Source: an uncultured Hyphomicrobiales bacterium (lineage in GTDB: Bacteria; Pseudomonadota; Alphaproteobacteria; Rhizobiales; BM303). Taken from it: DNA of 64,000 bases. A program made the translations under genes and the position numbers. The notes under the pieces are model-generated. The model was not told where the DNA came from. It did not search any database and worked only from the letters and a program-made list of their open reading frames with translations. Below, one piece after another: positions 50,612 through 62,674 of this stretch; the stretch's first letter is position 1; each line of letters opens with the position of its first letter. The stretch spans positions 628 to 64,627 of the forward strand of contig CAZHLV010000085.1 of the NCBI GenBank assembly GCA_964533415.1. Direction: 5' to 3'.

Positions 50612-51691
50612 TTGGAAGACCTGGTTGATCTGGCCCGCGAGAATTCAAGTGAAAAGAGGCGTGAGCTTATGGGCCGCGTGGCCGATAATTTTGTGCAAGG
50701 TTCCGAGGTTTACTCCAACCGGGAGCTGAAGCTTTTTGGTGAAATCATGATGCGGCTGCTGTGTAATGCCGATCTTGAGGCCCGGGCCTCGCTGTCCACG
50801 ACAATTGCTACTGATAAAAATGCACCGCGAAATTTGGCCATCAAGCTGGCCAGTGATGACATTCGCGTTGCCAAGCCGATCCTGGAAAGCTCGCCGACCC
50901 TGACTTCGGGAGATCTGGTTACCCTGGCGCGAGATCAGGGCATGGATCACAGGCTGGCAATTTCGCAGCGTCATGATCTTGATGAAGATGTAACCGATGC
51001 GCTGATTGAACATGGTGAACTGGAGGTTCTGCGCGCGGTTTCTGGCAACCACAAGGCGCGGATTTCTGATTGGGGGTTTGGTTCGCTGGCCCAGCGCGCC
51101 CCGGATGATGACACGATTCAAGACAATCTCTCCCGCCGCAGGGACATGTCTCTGGAAGCGGCAAAAAACGTGCTTCCGCTGCTCGCGCCAAATGCCCAGA
51201 AATTACTTTTGTCCATGATGCAGGATGAAACCGGCGAGCTGACACAGGTTATCAGCAAGGCTGCCCGTGATACCTCGGTGGCCAAGATCGGTATTGCCAA
51301 AAAACGCCTCGGCGCCAAAGCCATGATTTCAGCAATCCGGCGGGGGGAGCGCTCCCTTGGCGAGGTCATCGTTGTGTTGTCGAAAGAAAACCGGCCCATG
51401 GATTGCGCGCTGGTTCTGGCGGTATTTTCCGGGATTCCCGAGGATCAGGCGGCAAATGCGTTGTTGCAGGTCAACAGTGAAACCATTTCCCTGCTTTGCA
51501 AGTCTCTGGATATCGATCGACGCCATTTTCGGGCCTTGTGCGAGATGCGCTGTAAACGCCTGCATTTGCCGCTTTCACAGGCAGATCGTCTGGCCGAACG
51601 ATACGACGATATCGACCCGACCGGAGCCAAAAGAACCATACGTTTCCTCAAGGTCCGAAATGCTGTCAAACCGGGCTCCGATGCTGCCTGA
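50612..51691 (+). CDS. DUF2336-like protein
   Basis: 359 aa with a TTG start. The helical repeat protein with ARENSSEKRRELMGRVADNF resembles DUF2336-type proteins common in Alphaproteobacteria. Confidence 0.55.
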   Translation: MEDLVDLARENSSEKRRELMGRVADNFVQGSEVYSNRELKLFGEIMMRLLCNADLEARASLSTTIATDKNAPRNLAIKLASDDIRVAKPILESSPTLTSGDLVTLARDQGMDHRLAISQRHDLDEDVTDALIEHGELEVLRAVSGNHKARISDWGFGSLAQRAPDDDTIQDNLSRRRDMSLEAAKNVLPLLAPNAQKLLLSMMQDETGELTQVISKAARDTSVAKIGIAKKRLGAKAMISAIRRGERSLGEVIVVLSKENRPMDCALVLAVFSGIPEDQAANALLQVNSETISLLCKSLDIDRRHFRALCEMRCKRLHLPLSQADRLAERYDDIDPTGAKRTIRFLKVRNAVKPGSDAA

Positions 51692-51853
51692 GGGGCAAGC
51701 CTGAACAAATCCTGTTTTTTAGAGTGCTCCATCTTCTTCTTGAATCAGCACTGTCCCACTCCTCCCCGCCACCATCCTTCACAAAATCCCTGGGGATAGT
51801 GGGGAGAAGGAAGGCTCGGGCCGCAACAATAACGAGAGCGGGAAAATATAAAA

Positions 51854-52204
51854 ATGAATGTCTATCACATCTTCTGCACCCTCAAGGAGGGAGCATCCGA
51901 CATGGTCTTTGCCGAAGCTCTTGCCAACTGGCTCGATCACCTGAAAACTGAGGGCATGATCGAGGCCTGGCGGTTGATGCGCCGCAAGCTGGGGCTTGGC
52001 CCCGATGATCTGGGCGAATTTCACATCATGATCGAAACGGCCTCCCTGGCCGCCCTTGATGAAGCCTTTGCCCTTGCCGCCCGCCGGACCGGCAAGGCCG
52101 AAAAGTTGCATTTTGAAGTTACCCGCAAAATCAAAACCGTGAAATTCGCCCTCTACCGGGATTTCCCCGATCCCGGGCGCAAGACCGGCGGCGAGTTGTT
52201 TTGA
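51854..52204 (+). CDS. Small conserved hypothetical protein
   Basis: 116 aa with good coding composition. ATGA overlap with the following Rieske gene. Confidence 0.5.
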   Translation: MNVYHIFCTLKEGASDMVFAEALANWLDHLKTEGMIEAWRLMRRKLGLGPDDLGEFHIMIETASLAALDEAFALAARRTGKAEKLHFEVTRKIKTVKFALYRDFPDPGRKTGGELF

Positions 52205-52539
52205 TGTCTTCCGTTCCCCCCGGTACATATCTTTGCGCGGTCAAGGATATCCCCGACCCCGGCGCCATCAGTGTTGAACCTGGAGGCGGCGCGGATATCA
52301 TCATCACCCGCAACGGCAATGTCTTCCGCGCCTATGAAAATTCATGCCCCCATCAGGGCACCCCGCTGGAGACCTTTCCGGGCCGTTTCCTGACCCGGGA
52401 CAAGCAGCACCTGCTGTGCTCGACACATGGCGCCCGGTTTTGCATTGATGACGGGATGTGCATCTCTGGCCCCTGCAAGGGAAAACCGCTCAACCCGGTA
52501 CAAATCCGGTTGTGGAGGAGAAGAATCGTGACAATCTGA
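52201..52539 (+). CDS. Rieske [2Fe-2S] domain protein
   Basis: CPHQG (CxH) and CSTHGARF (CxxH) motifs, 112 aa. Confidence 0.85.
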   Translation: MMSSVPPGTYLCAVKDIPDPGAISVEPGGGADIIITRNGNVFRAYENSCPHQGTPLETFPGRFLTRDKQHLLCSTHGARFCIDDGMCISGPCKGKPLNPVQIRLWRRRIVTI

Positions 52540-52632
52540 AAATCTTCAACCAAAGCCATATTGCGGTTTCATAAAAGCCCGCTCATAATGCGCCGAAATT
52601 TTCAAAATCACATGCCAAGGGGGAGAATTTCC

Positions 52633-54567
<1,935 letters not shown>

Positions 54568-54587
54568 TCCGGGCTATAAAGAATAAT

Positions 54588-54619
54588 CCCGTATCACCCT
54601 GGTTTCCAGGTGATACGGG
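54588..54619 (+). terminator. Hairpin downstream of acs (no clear U-tract)
   Basis: An 11-bp stem, cccgtatcacc/ggtgatacggg. Confidence 0.35.
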
Positions 54620-54912
54620 AAGCGCCCGCTCCAAGGCCCACCTTGGCCCTTGACAAATCTGCCTGAATTATGCTCCTGAAGGGCGGATGCGGCTTGCCGC
54701 CGCAAAACTTGTGAAAACTTCAGGCCTTGGGCGATCTGATTATGTTCAAAATCAAAACATGCAAAACCGCCAAAACACGCACCGGGACCAAAACCGCGTA
54801 GCCTGACCTTTTCTCCTTCGGAACCTCTCCCCCGCAGGCGGAAGAGGCAAAGCCCCAAGGGGCAAGCACCAGAAGGGAGAAAACGGGGATACCCCCACCA
54901 GGAGTGAGAAAA

Positions 54913-55941
54913 ATGGGTTACAAGGTTGCTCTTGTTGGCGCGACGGGAAATGTCGGCCGCGAGATGATGAACATTCTGGATGAACGCGGCTTTCCGGTCG
55001 ATGAGCTTGTCCCGCTGGCCTCGGCGCGTTCTCAGGGCCGCGATGTGTCTTTTGGCGATACAACCCTGAAAGTGCAGAACCTGGAAAATTATGATTTCAC
55101 CGGCACCGATATCGCCCTGCTTTCCGCCGGCGGCTCGATCTCGAAGGAATGGGCGCCGAAAATCGCCGCTCAAGGCTGCGTGGTAATCGACAACTCCTCC
55201 GCCTGGCGCTATGACAGCGACATTCCGCTGATCGTGCCGGAAGTCAACCCGGATGATATCACCGGATTTTCCAGGCGCGGCATCATCGCCAACCCCAATT
55301 GCTCCACCGCCCAACTTCTCGTGGCCCTGAAACCCCTGCATGACGAAGCCACCATCAAGCGGGTTGTCATTTCCACCTACCAGTCCGTGTCCGGCGCCGG
55401 CAAGGCCGCCATGGACGAGTTGTGGAACCAGACCAAGGGCATCTTTGTCACCGATTCGCCAAGCCCGGAAAATTTCACCAAGCAGATTGCTTTCAACGTC
55501 ATCCCCCATATCGACGTGTTCATGGAAGATGGCTACACGAAAGAAGAATGGAAGCTGATGGCGGAGACCAAGAAAATGCTTGATCCCAATATCAGGCTCA
55601 GCGCCACGGCGGTGCGGGTTCCGGTCTTTGTCGGCCACGGCGAGGCGGTCAATATCGAGTTTGAAAACCCGATCACGCCGGATCGCGCCCGCGAGATCCT
55701 GCGCGAGGCTCCCGGCTGCATGGTCATCGACAAGCGCGAAGATGGCGGCTATGTCACCCCGGTGGAATGCGTTGGCGATTATGCCACTTTCGTTTCGCGC
55801 ATCCGCGAGGACGCAACGGTGGAAAACGGCCTTAACATCTGGGTTGTTTCGGACAACCTGCGCAAGGGCGCAGCCCTGAACACCGTCCAGATCGCCGAGT
55901 TGCTCATCAACCGCGGCTTGCTCAAAAAAGACGCGGGCTAA
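54913..55941 (+). CDS. asd: Aspartate-semialdehyde dehydrogenase
   Basis: MGYKVALVGATGNVGREM N-terminus and active-site region IANPNCSTAQ. Confidence 0.93.
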   Translation: MGYKVALVGATGNVGREMMNILDERGFPVDELVPLASARSQGRDVSFGDTTLKVQNLENYDFTGTDIALLSAGGSISKEWAPKIAAQGCVVIDNSSAWRYDSDIPLIVPEVNPDDITGFSRRGIIANPNCSTAQLLVALKPLHDEATIKRVVISTYQSVSGAGKAAMDELWNQTKGIFVTDSPSPENFTKQIAFNVIPHIDVFMEDGYTKEEWKLMAETKKMLDPNIRLSATAVRVPVFVGHGEAVNIEFENPITPDRAREILREAPGCMVIDKREDGGYVTPVECVGDYATFVSRIREDATVENGLNIWVVSDNLRKGAALNTVQIAELLINRGLLKKDAG

Positions 55942-56974
55942 GCGTAACCACGCTGTTCTCTTCATCTTTCAGGTGAATACGCGCCTTCATGGCCGGGTTG
56001 AGATAGATCCGGCCATGATCGTCCACCAGCATGGCATATCTCACCCCCATGCGCTTGGCGATGCGGAACCAGTCTTCAGGTCCGGCCACCGAAAGCGCCG
56101 TGGCGGCGGCATCGGCATCGGCGCCACTGGTTCCGATCACGCTGGCCGAGACAATATGCTTCACCGGCCAGCCGGTGCGCGGATCGATGATATGCGAATA
56201 ACGCACCCCTTCATGTTCAAGGAAGCGCTCGTAATTGCCCGAAGTATAAAGCACCTCGCCGGGTTTCAGCTCAACGGTGGCAATCACGCCCCAGTTCTTG
56301 GGATGGCGAATCCCGGCGCGCCATGGCCGGTCAGAGTGAACCCCCATCACGTTGAGATCGCCGCCGGCGTTGAGGACCGCGTTCCTGATCCCGTGCGCTT
56401 TAAGCCGGATCACCGCCCGGTCCAGCGCCTCGCCCTTGGCAAAACCGCCAAAATCAAGGCTCACGTCTTTATTGCGCGAAGACACCTCATGCCCCTTGAT
56501 GACCAGATCCGCCACCTTTGGCCTTGAGGCCACCCAGGCCCTGATCGCCTCATAGGGCGGCGCGCGGCCCTTGGGCAGGTTATCGTCATGAAACCCCCAA
56601 TCGGCCACCAGCCCGCCGATTGCCGCGTTAAACAGCCCGTCACTTGTCCGTTCATAGCGCTGCGCCTGAAGCAGCAGCGGCAGCAGGAAATCACTCACTT
56701 GCACCGATTTGCCCGCCGCTATCGCCGCATTCAGGGAACTCAGTTCACCGGGTTTCCAGGCATGCCAGTCCTTGTGCATATGGCGAAATTCAGACCCGAC
56801 ATCTTTCAGCGCCGCCCGCGCGGTTGCCTTGTCCGAATCGCGGATGGTTATCTCGACAATCGTGCCAAAAACATAAAGTTTCTCGCGCAGTTCAGATTCA
56901 GGTTGCTTGCACCCGCCGGCAACCAGCAAAAAAACGAGACCAACAAGGATGCAACTAACGGATCTGGTCAGCAT
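55922..56974 (-). CDS. apbE: FAD:protein FMN transferase (ApbE family), lipoprotein
   Basis: Part of ORF 55922..57190, with the start at MLTRSVSCILVGLVFLLVAGGC (lipobox). The ApbE-like body includes NAGGDLNVMG and YSHIIDPRTG. Confidence 0.85.
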   Translation of the reverse strand: MLTRSVSCILVGLVFLLVAGGCKQPESELREKLYVFGTIVEITIRDSDKATARAALKDVGSEFRHMHKDWHAWKPGELSSLNAAIAAGKSVQVSDFLLPLLLQAQRYERTSDGLFNAAIGGLVADWGFHDDNLPKGRAPPYEAIRAWVASRPKVADLVIKGHEVSSRNKDVSLDFGGFAKGEALDRAVIRLKAHGIRNAVLNAGGDLNVMGVHSDRPWRAGIRHPKNWGVIATVELKPGEVLYTSGNYERFLEHEGVRYSHIIDPRTGWPVKHIVSASVIGTSGADADAAATALSVAGPEDWFRIAKRMGVRYAMLVDDHGRIYLNPAMKARIHLKDEENSVVTLSPRLF

Positions 56975-57446
56975 AAGACTCCCCGGCGCGGCGCAAGAAT
57001 ACCGGTTTGAAGCGGTTGCCCTTCGCCCCGCGCAACCGCGAGCCGATCCAGAACCCCGCACCCAGTCCGGCAAAACCGGCAATTGCTGAAATACCGCCTC
57101 CATAACCGGCAGATGAAGCCGCAACCGCCCCCAGGAGCAACCCGGCCAGCGGCACCATATAGGCAAGAAGCGAAGCGCCAAGCAGGGCATGGTCAGACAG
57201 CCCGATCACGATACGATCTCCCACCCGCGCATCAAAGGTATTTTCAATACGCAGATCAACGCCCCGATCCTTGAAAAGCGAAGCCAACGAAGCCGTGCCG
57301 CACCCATGGGACACCGAACAGGATGAGCAGGTGGATTTGCGCTCGGCCTGCAAATAAGCCCAATGCGAATCATATCTGCGCACAACAGCATGGGATTCCA
57401 CCATATCTTGCAGGGGGGTGAGGCAATCTTGTGAAAATTCCGGCAT
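56955..57446 (-). CDS. rseC: RseC/MucC-family (SoxR-reducing-system) membrane protein
   Basis: 163 aa with a Cys-rich N-terminus (CSSCSVSHGCG) and two Gly-rich TM segments. It lies divergent to rnfA. Confidence 0.7.
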   Translation of the reverse strand: MPEFSQDCLTPLQDMVESHAVVRRYDSHWAYLQAERKSTCSSCSVSHGCGTASLASLFKDRGVDLRIENTFDARVGDRIVIGLSDHALLGASLLAYMVPLAGLLLGAVAASSAGYGGGISAIAGFAGLGAGFWIGSRLRGAKGNRFKPVFLRRAGESYADQIR

Positions 57447-57604
57447 GCTCAGGATGCAGGCGCCGTTTCGGAACGGGGCGCGGCATATTGCCCTTTTTGT
57501 TGACCTATAGCCTTCATAACTATTCCTGTTCTGTCCGCTTTGGTATATTAGTCAATGCAAATACAACTTGATCCACGCGATATTAGCACAGGCTACGAGG
57601 CTTC

Positions 57605-58186
57605 ATGGAGAAATTTCTCATCATTCTTCTGGGAACGGCCCTCGTCAACAATGTTGTTCTGGTCCGTTTTCTCGGGCTTTGCCCGTTTATGGGGGTCTCC
57701 AACAAATACGGCGCCGCCGTGGGCATGGGAATGGCCACCACCTTTGTGCTCACCCTGGCGGCCTCGGCGAGCTGGTTGCTGGAAACCTATCTCCTGGAGC
57801 CGCTCGGGCTTGAGTTCCTGCGCATCTTGACCTTCATTCTGGTGATTGCCGCGGTGGTGCAGTTTACCGAGATCGCCATCCGCAAATTCTCCCCCGTCCT
57901 GTATCAGGTCCTGGGGATCTACCTGCCGCTGATTACCACGAACTGCGCGGTTCTGGGCATAGCCCTGCTCAATGTTCAGGAAGATCATACCTTTACCGAA
58001 AGCGTTTTGTTCGGCTTTGGCTCGGCTTTGGGCTTTACGCTGGTCATGTTGGTTTTTGCCGGGCTGCGGGAGCGGCTGGAACTTTCCAATGTTCCTGAAG
58101 CCTTCAAGGGCGTACCCATAGGGTTTGTCACGGCCGGGCTGTTATCCATGGCCTTCATGGGCTTTTCCGGATTGGTGGCAAACTAG
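57605..58186 (+). CDS. rnfA: Rnf electron-transport complex subunit A
   Basis: 193 aa ([27 protein letters not shown]). Confidence 0.93.
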   Translation: MEKFLIILLGTALVNNVVLVRFLGLCPFMGVSNKYGAAVGMGMATTFVLTLAASASWLLETYLLEPLGLEFLRILTFILVIAAVVQFTEIAIRKFSPVLYQVLGIYLPLITTNCAVLGIALLNVQEDHTFTESVLFGFGSALGFTLVMLVFAGLRERLELSNVPEAFKGVPIGFVTAGLLSMAFMGFSGLVAN

Positions 58187-58756
58187 ATGACCGGCGCATT
58201 CATCAGCCTCACCATCATGGGCTTTGTCCTGGGCGGCGCATTAAGTCTTGCCGCACGCCTCATGCGGGTGGAAAGCAACCCGCTGGCCGATGACCTGGAA
58301 TCCATCCTTCCGGGTCTGCAATGCGGCCAGTGCGGCTATCCCGGCTGCCGCGGCGCGGCTGAAGCCCTGAGCAAGGCCGAGGCGGAAATCACCCTGTGCC
58401 CACCCGGCGGAAGCGCCATCATCGAAATCCTCGCCGACAAGCTGCAAATCCCCTTTGATGTCTCCGGCTTTGAAATCAAGCAGCCCGAAGTTGCCCTGAT
58501 TATTGAAGACGAGTGCATTGGCTGCACCAAATGTATCCAGGTCTGCGGCACCGATGCCATCATTGGCGCCAACAAGCTCATGCACACGGTGATTCCCGAA
58601 GCCTGCACCGGTTGCGACAAATGCGTCGAGGCTTGCCCGGTGGATTGCATCAAGATGATTCCCAAGGATATCGAGCCCCCCAGCCTTGGCACATGGCACT
58701 GGCCCAAGCCCGGCGCGGCGGATATGCCGGTCATGGAAAGGTCCCTGGCATCATGA
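58187..58756 (+). CDS. rnfB: Rnf complex subunit B (Fe-S)
   Basis: An N-terminal TM segment is followed by the Cys motifs CGQCGYPGC, CIGCTKCIQVC and CTGCDKCVEACP. Confidence 0.92.
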   Translation: MTGAFISLTIMGFVLGGALSLAARLMRVESNPLADDLESILPGLQCGQCGYPGCRGAAEALSKAEAEITLCPPGGSAIIEILADKLQIPFDVSGFEIKQPEVALIIEDECIGCTKCIQVCGTDAIIGANKLMHTVIPEACTGCDKCVEACPVDCIKMIPKDIEPPSLGTWHWPKPGAADMPVMERSLAS

Positions 58757-60249
58757 AGATTTTTTCCATACGCGGCGGCGTACACCCGCACGACCATAAA
58801 AAACCGGCCAGCGAGAAACAGATCCAGGATGCCGATATCCCTGCTGCCCTGCACCTGCCCCTGCTCCAGCATATCGGCAAACCGGCCATTCCCGTCGTCA
58901 AGGAAGGCGAGCATGTCCGCAAGGGCCAGCTCATCGGCAAGAGCGACGGGGTCATTTCTGCCCCGGTTCATGCGCCAACTTCCGGTATCGTCACCGCGGT
59001 CAGCGACTTCATCGCCCCGCACCCTTCCGGTCTGGCGGGCCTGACCATAACGCTGGAGCCCGATGGCAAGGAAACATGGTGCGAATTGCCGCCAGCCCTT
59101 GACCCGCAAACGGCTGACCCGGATTCCATCGCTGCGCGAGTGCGTGAGAGCGGTATAGTCGGTATGGGCGGCGCGGCCTTTCCCTCTTCGGTCAAGCTTT
59201 CCCTTGGCGTGGAACATCAGTTGCATACCCTCGTGGTCAACGGCGCGGAATGCGAGCCTTACCTGACCGCCGATGACCGGCTCATGCGTGAACATGCCGG
59301 GGATATTCTCGACGGTATCACCATTATCCTGCAAACAACCGGCATTCCCCGGGCGATTATCGCGATTGAAGACAACAAGCCCGAAGCGACAAAAGCCCTG
59401 CGCGCCGCCATAGCCGCGGGAAGCCCGGTTGAAGTGGTCAATGTCCCGGCCCGCTACCCCATGGGTTCGGAAAAACACCTTATTGAAGTAATCACCGGCA
59501 TCGAGACCCCGGCCCGCAAGCTGCCCGCCGATATCGGCGTGCTCATGCACAATGTGGCCACCATTTTCGCCATCCATGAAGCGGTGCGCCTTGGCCGCCC
59601 GCTGATCTCTCGTATCGTCACGCTGAGCGGCGGAGCCATGGCCAATCCGGGCAATTACCGGGTTTTGCTCGGCACCCCGGTCGCCGATCTGATCGCTCAG
59701 GCGGGCGGTTTTGCCTCCGAGCCGGAAGTTACCTTGCTGGGCGGCCCGATGATGGGGGTTCCCCTGCATGATCCCCGCGCCCCGGTCATCAAGGGCACGA
59801 ATGGCATTCTCGCCCTTACCCGCAACGAAACCAACCCCGGCGCACGCCTGCCCTGCATCCGCTGCGCCGCCTGTGTCACCGCCTGCCCCTGCGGCCTGCA
59901 ACCCCAGGAAATGTCATTTCGCATTTCCCGCGACAAGCTCGATGCGGCCGCCGATATTGGTCTCAATGACTGCATCTTGTGCGGCGCCTGCGCCTATGTC
60001 TGCCCGTCTCATATCCCGCTGGTGCAATATTTCAACTACGCAAGGGGCGCGCTTGCCGAAGCGCGCCGCATAAAGGCGCATCAGGACAAGATGAAAGCCC
60101 TTGCCGAACAGCATGAACAAAGGCTGGCGCGGATCGAGGCGGAAAAACAGGCCGCCCGCGAAGCCCGCAAGGCCCGCATGGCGGAAAAGCGGGCCAAGGC
60201 CGCCGCGGCAGCCGCAGCCAAGGAAAAAGAGGAGCAAAACGCATCATGA
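58753..60249 (+). CDS. rnfC: Rnf complex subunit C
   Basis: Part of ORF 58513..60249, with the start at MKIFSIRGGVHP (ATGA overlap). Motifs GMGGAAFP, CIRCAACVTACP and CILCGACAYVCP are present, with a Lys/Ala-rich tail. Confidence 0.92.
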   Translation: MKIFSIRGGVHPHDHKKPASEKQIQDADIPAALHLPLLQHIGKPAIPVVKEGEHVRKGQLIGKSDGVISAPVHAPTSGIVTAVSDFIAPHPSGLAGLTITLEPDGKETWCELPPALDPQTADPDSIAARVRESGIVGMGGAAFPSSVKLSLGVEHQLHTLVVNGAECEPYLTADDRLMREHAGDILDGITIILQTTGIPRAIIAIEDNKPEATKALRAAIAAGSPVEVVNVPARYPMGSEKHLIEVITGIETPARKLPADIGVLMHNVATIFAIHEAVRLGRPLISRIVTLSGGAMANPGNYRVLLGTPVADLIAQAGGFASEPEVTLLGGPMMGVPLHDPRAPVIKGTNGILALTRNETNPGARLPCIRCAACVTACPCGLQPQEMSFRISRDKLDAAADIGLNDCILCGACAYVCPSHIPLVQYFNYARGALAEARRIKAHQDKMKALAEQHEQRLARIEAEKQAAREARKARMAEKRAKAAAAAAAKEKEEQNAS

Positions 60250-61316
60250 AAATGCTCCCCAGCGCCCCTTATACCCATGCCAATTCCAGCGTGACCCGCA
60301 CCATGACGCTGGTCATGCTGGCGCTTTCACCAGCCACCCTGCTTGGCCTTTACCAGTTTGGCTGGCCGGCCATATTCCTGTTTGTCACCACGATTGCAAC
60401 CGCCATTGTGGCCGAAGCCCTTTGCCTGATGATCGCCAAAAAACCGGTCCGGCTGCATCTGGCCGATGGTTCGGCCATTTTAAGCGCCTGGATCGTGGCC
60501 CTCACCCTGCCGCCCTGGGCGCCGTGGTGGATCGGCGTTTCCGGGGCGCTTATCGCCATTGTCATCGGCAAGCAGATTTTTGGCGGAATCGGCCAGAATG
60601 TCTTTAACCCGGCCATGGTGGCGCGCGTCATGCTGCTGGTCTCCTTCCCGCTGGAAATGACCCGCTTCGTCAATGCCCGCCCGCTTTTCAGTGACGCCGC
60701 GCCCGGTTTTATTGAGGGCCTGCGCATTTTTCTGGCCTCCGGCGTCAATTACGATGCCCTCAGCAGCCCTTCAGTGCTGGGTTTTGTACGCATGGAGATT
60801 TCCCGGGGACTGCCTCTGAGTGAAGTCCTGGACAAGGCCTATAATCCCTTGAGCCTGTTTCTGGGCACCGCCAACGGCTCCATGGGCGAAGTCTCGGCAC
60901 TGCTGATCCTGCTTGGCGGCCTGTTCCTGGTCTATAAACGCATCATCACCTGGCATACCCCGGCCTCCATGATCGCCGCGATGATCCTGCTGGCCGGTAT
61001 TTTCCACCTGATATCCCCGGAAAAATACCCGGATCCCATATATCAGCTTCTCACCGGGGCCTTCATGCTCGGGGCGTTTTTCATCGCCACCGATTATGTT
61101 ACCGTCCCTTCCACCCGCACCGGACGCATGATCTTCGGGGCCGGGTGCGGCGCACTGGTTTTCGTGATCCGCAGCTGGGCGGCTTTCCCCGAAGGGGTGG
61201 CGTTCTCCATTTTGCTGATGAACGCCCTTACCCCGGTAATTGATTATTACGTCAAACCGCGCATCTATGGCCGCACCCGCAAGGGCGAGCCGCTCGATCC
61301 GCCAGAGCGGTCTTGA
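60246..61316 (+). CDS. rnfD: Rnf complex subunit D
   Basis: 356 aa, polytopic (GKQIFGGIGQNVFNPAMVARV). Confidence 0.92.
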   Translation: MKMLPSAPYTHANSSVTRTMTLVMLALSPATLLGLYQFGWPAIFLFVTTIATAIVAEALCLMIAKKPVRLHLADGSAILSAWIVALTLPPWAPWWIGVSGALIAIVIGKQIFGGIGQNVFNPAMVARVMLLVSFPLEMTRFVNARPLFSDAAPGFIEGLRIFLASGVNYDALSSPSVLGFVRMEISRGLPLSEVLDKAYNPLSLFLGTANGSMGEVSALLILLGGLFLVYKRIITWHTPASMIAAMILLAGIFHLISPEKYPDPIYQLLTGAFMLGAFFIATDYVTVPSTRTGRMIFGAGCGALVFVIRSWAAFPEGVAFSILLMNALTPVIDYYVKPRIYGRTRKGEPLDPPERS

Positions 61317-61325
61317 GGGGGGTGA

Positions 61326-61970
61326 GTGATGTTTGATTCAATTAAAAACAAACACGGGCACAATCCCCTGTTTCATGCCGCCCTTCTGGCCGGTTTTGCC
61401 CTGATCTCTGCCGTCTTGCTGATCCTTGGCGACAAGGTTACCTCCGGGGCCATCAAGCAGCGCCATATTGAGGATTTAAAACACTCCCTGGAACAGGTGA
61501 TCCCGGCCAGCCTGCACGACAACGACATGTGGCGCGACAAGATCGAAATCCGGCAAGATGGCCAGCACCCCCCTCGCCTGGTTTACCTTGCCCGGCGCGG
61601 CGGTAAGCTCGCCGGGGTGGCCTTCGAGGTAAGCGGGCGCGGCTATAACGGCAAGATTACCCTGCTCATGGGGATTGACGCCGATGGGCGCATTTTAGGG
61701 GTGCGGGTGCTTTCCCACACAGAAACCCCCGGACTTGGCGACAAGATCAACGAGCGCAAAAGCAACTGGATCTTCAATTTTGACGGCAAGTCTCTCGGCT
61801 CCCCCCCGCCCGATCAATGGAAAGTCAAGAAGGATGGCGGCGCATTCGATCAGCTTTCCGGCGCCACCATCACGCCGCGCGCCGTGGTCAAGGCGGTGCG
61901 TGAAGGCCTGGAGTTTTTCAAGGCCCAGCGTAAAACTTTGCGTCGCAGCACAAAAGGTGAGCCAAGATGA
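61326..61970 (+). CDS. rnfG: Rnf complex subunit G (FMN-binding)
   Basis: ETPGLGDKI and the flavinylation-type motif FDQLSGATITPRAV. The start is either GTG at 61326 or ATG at 61329. Confidence 0.9.
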   Translation: MMFDSIKNKHGHNPLFHAALLAGFALISAVLLILGDKVTSGAIKQRHIEDLKHSLEQVIPASLHDNDMWRDKIEIRQDGQHPPRLVYLARRGGKLAGVAFEVSGRGYNGKITLLMGIDADGRILGVRVLSHTETPGLGDKINERKSNWIFNFDGKSLGSPPPDQWKVKKDGGAFDQLSGATITPRAVVKAVREGLEFFKAQRKTLRRSTKGEPR

Positions 61971-62674
61971 GTGTGAATTACAAACGTATCGCCATGGACG
62001 GCTTCTGGACCAACAATATCGTCTTTACCCAGCTTCTGGCCCTCTGCCCGCTCATGGCGGTCACCGACACCGCCACCAATGGTCTGGGCATGGGCATTGC
62101 GACAACCGCCGTTCTGGCCTCTTCAGGCGTGACCGTCTCCATCTGGCGTCACTTCATCACCCATGAAATCCGCATTCCCGCCCTTGTCCTGATTATCGCC
62201 ACCCTGGTAACTCTCGTGGAAATGGGCATGAATGCCTGGATGCATGAAATGTACAAGGTTCTGGGGCTGTTCATCCCGTTGATCGTCACCAACTGCGCCA
62301 TCTTGGGCCGCGCCGAGATTTTTGCTTCGCGCAACTGGATCCTGCCGGCCTTTGTTGACGGCCTGTTCATGGGCATCGGTTTCACCATCGCACTGGTTTC
62401 ACTCGGCGCTATCCGCGAGATTCTTGGCTCCGGAACCCTGTTTGCCAATGCCTCGCTTCTCCTTGGACCGCATTTTTCCTTCATGGAAATGACCCTGATC
62501 CCCGACTACAAGGGATTCTTGCTGTTTGTCTTGCCGCCGGGCGGATTTATTGCCCTTGGTTTCCTGATTGCCTTCCGGCGCATTTTCGATAAATTTCTTG
62601 AAAAAATGATCCCCGGCGCACTGACCCCGAAAGATCCCGTCTTGCCTGCCGAAGTTGAAGAGGCCGCAAATTGA
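61967..62674 (+). CDS. rnfE: Rnf complex subunit E
   Basis: 235 aa (NNIVFTQLLALCPLMAVT, IVTNCAILGRAE). Confidence 0.92.
   Translation: MSVNYKRIAMDGFWTNNIVFTQLLALCPLMAVTDTATNGLGMGIATTAVLASSGVTVSIWRHFITHEIRIPALVLIIATLVTLVEMGMNAWMHEMYKVLGLFIPLIVTNCAILGRAEIFASRNWILPAFVDGLFMGIGFTIALVSLGAIREILGSGTLFANASLLLGPHFSFMEMTLIPDYKGFLLFVLPPGGFIALGFLIAFRRIFDKFLEKMIPGALTPKDPVLPAEVEEAAN

Noticed and set aside
54620-54912. Riboswitch or REP element in the 290-nt acs-asd spacer. It contains the hairpin ccaagg-ccca-ccttgg, the imperfect palindrome cctctcccccgcaggcggaagagg, and TTGACA…TATGCT.
   Set aside because: I could recognise no known riboswitch core. The promoter hexamers are only 13 nt apart, and the palindromes are short and imperfect.
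57447-57604. Sigma-54 (TGGCAC-N5-TTGCA) or FNR site in the rseC-rnfA divergent region.
   Set aside because: tggtatattagtcaatgca has the wrong GG-to-GC spacing. TTGATccacGCGAT lacks the right half-site.
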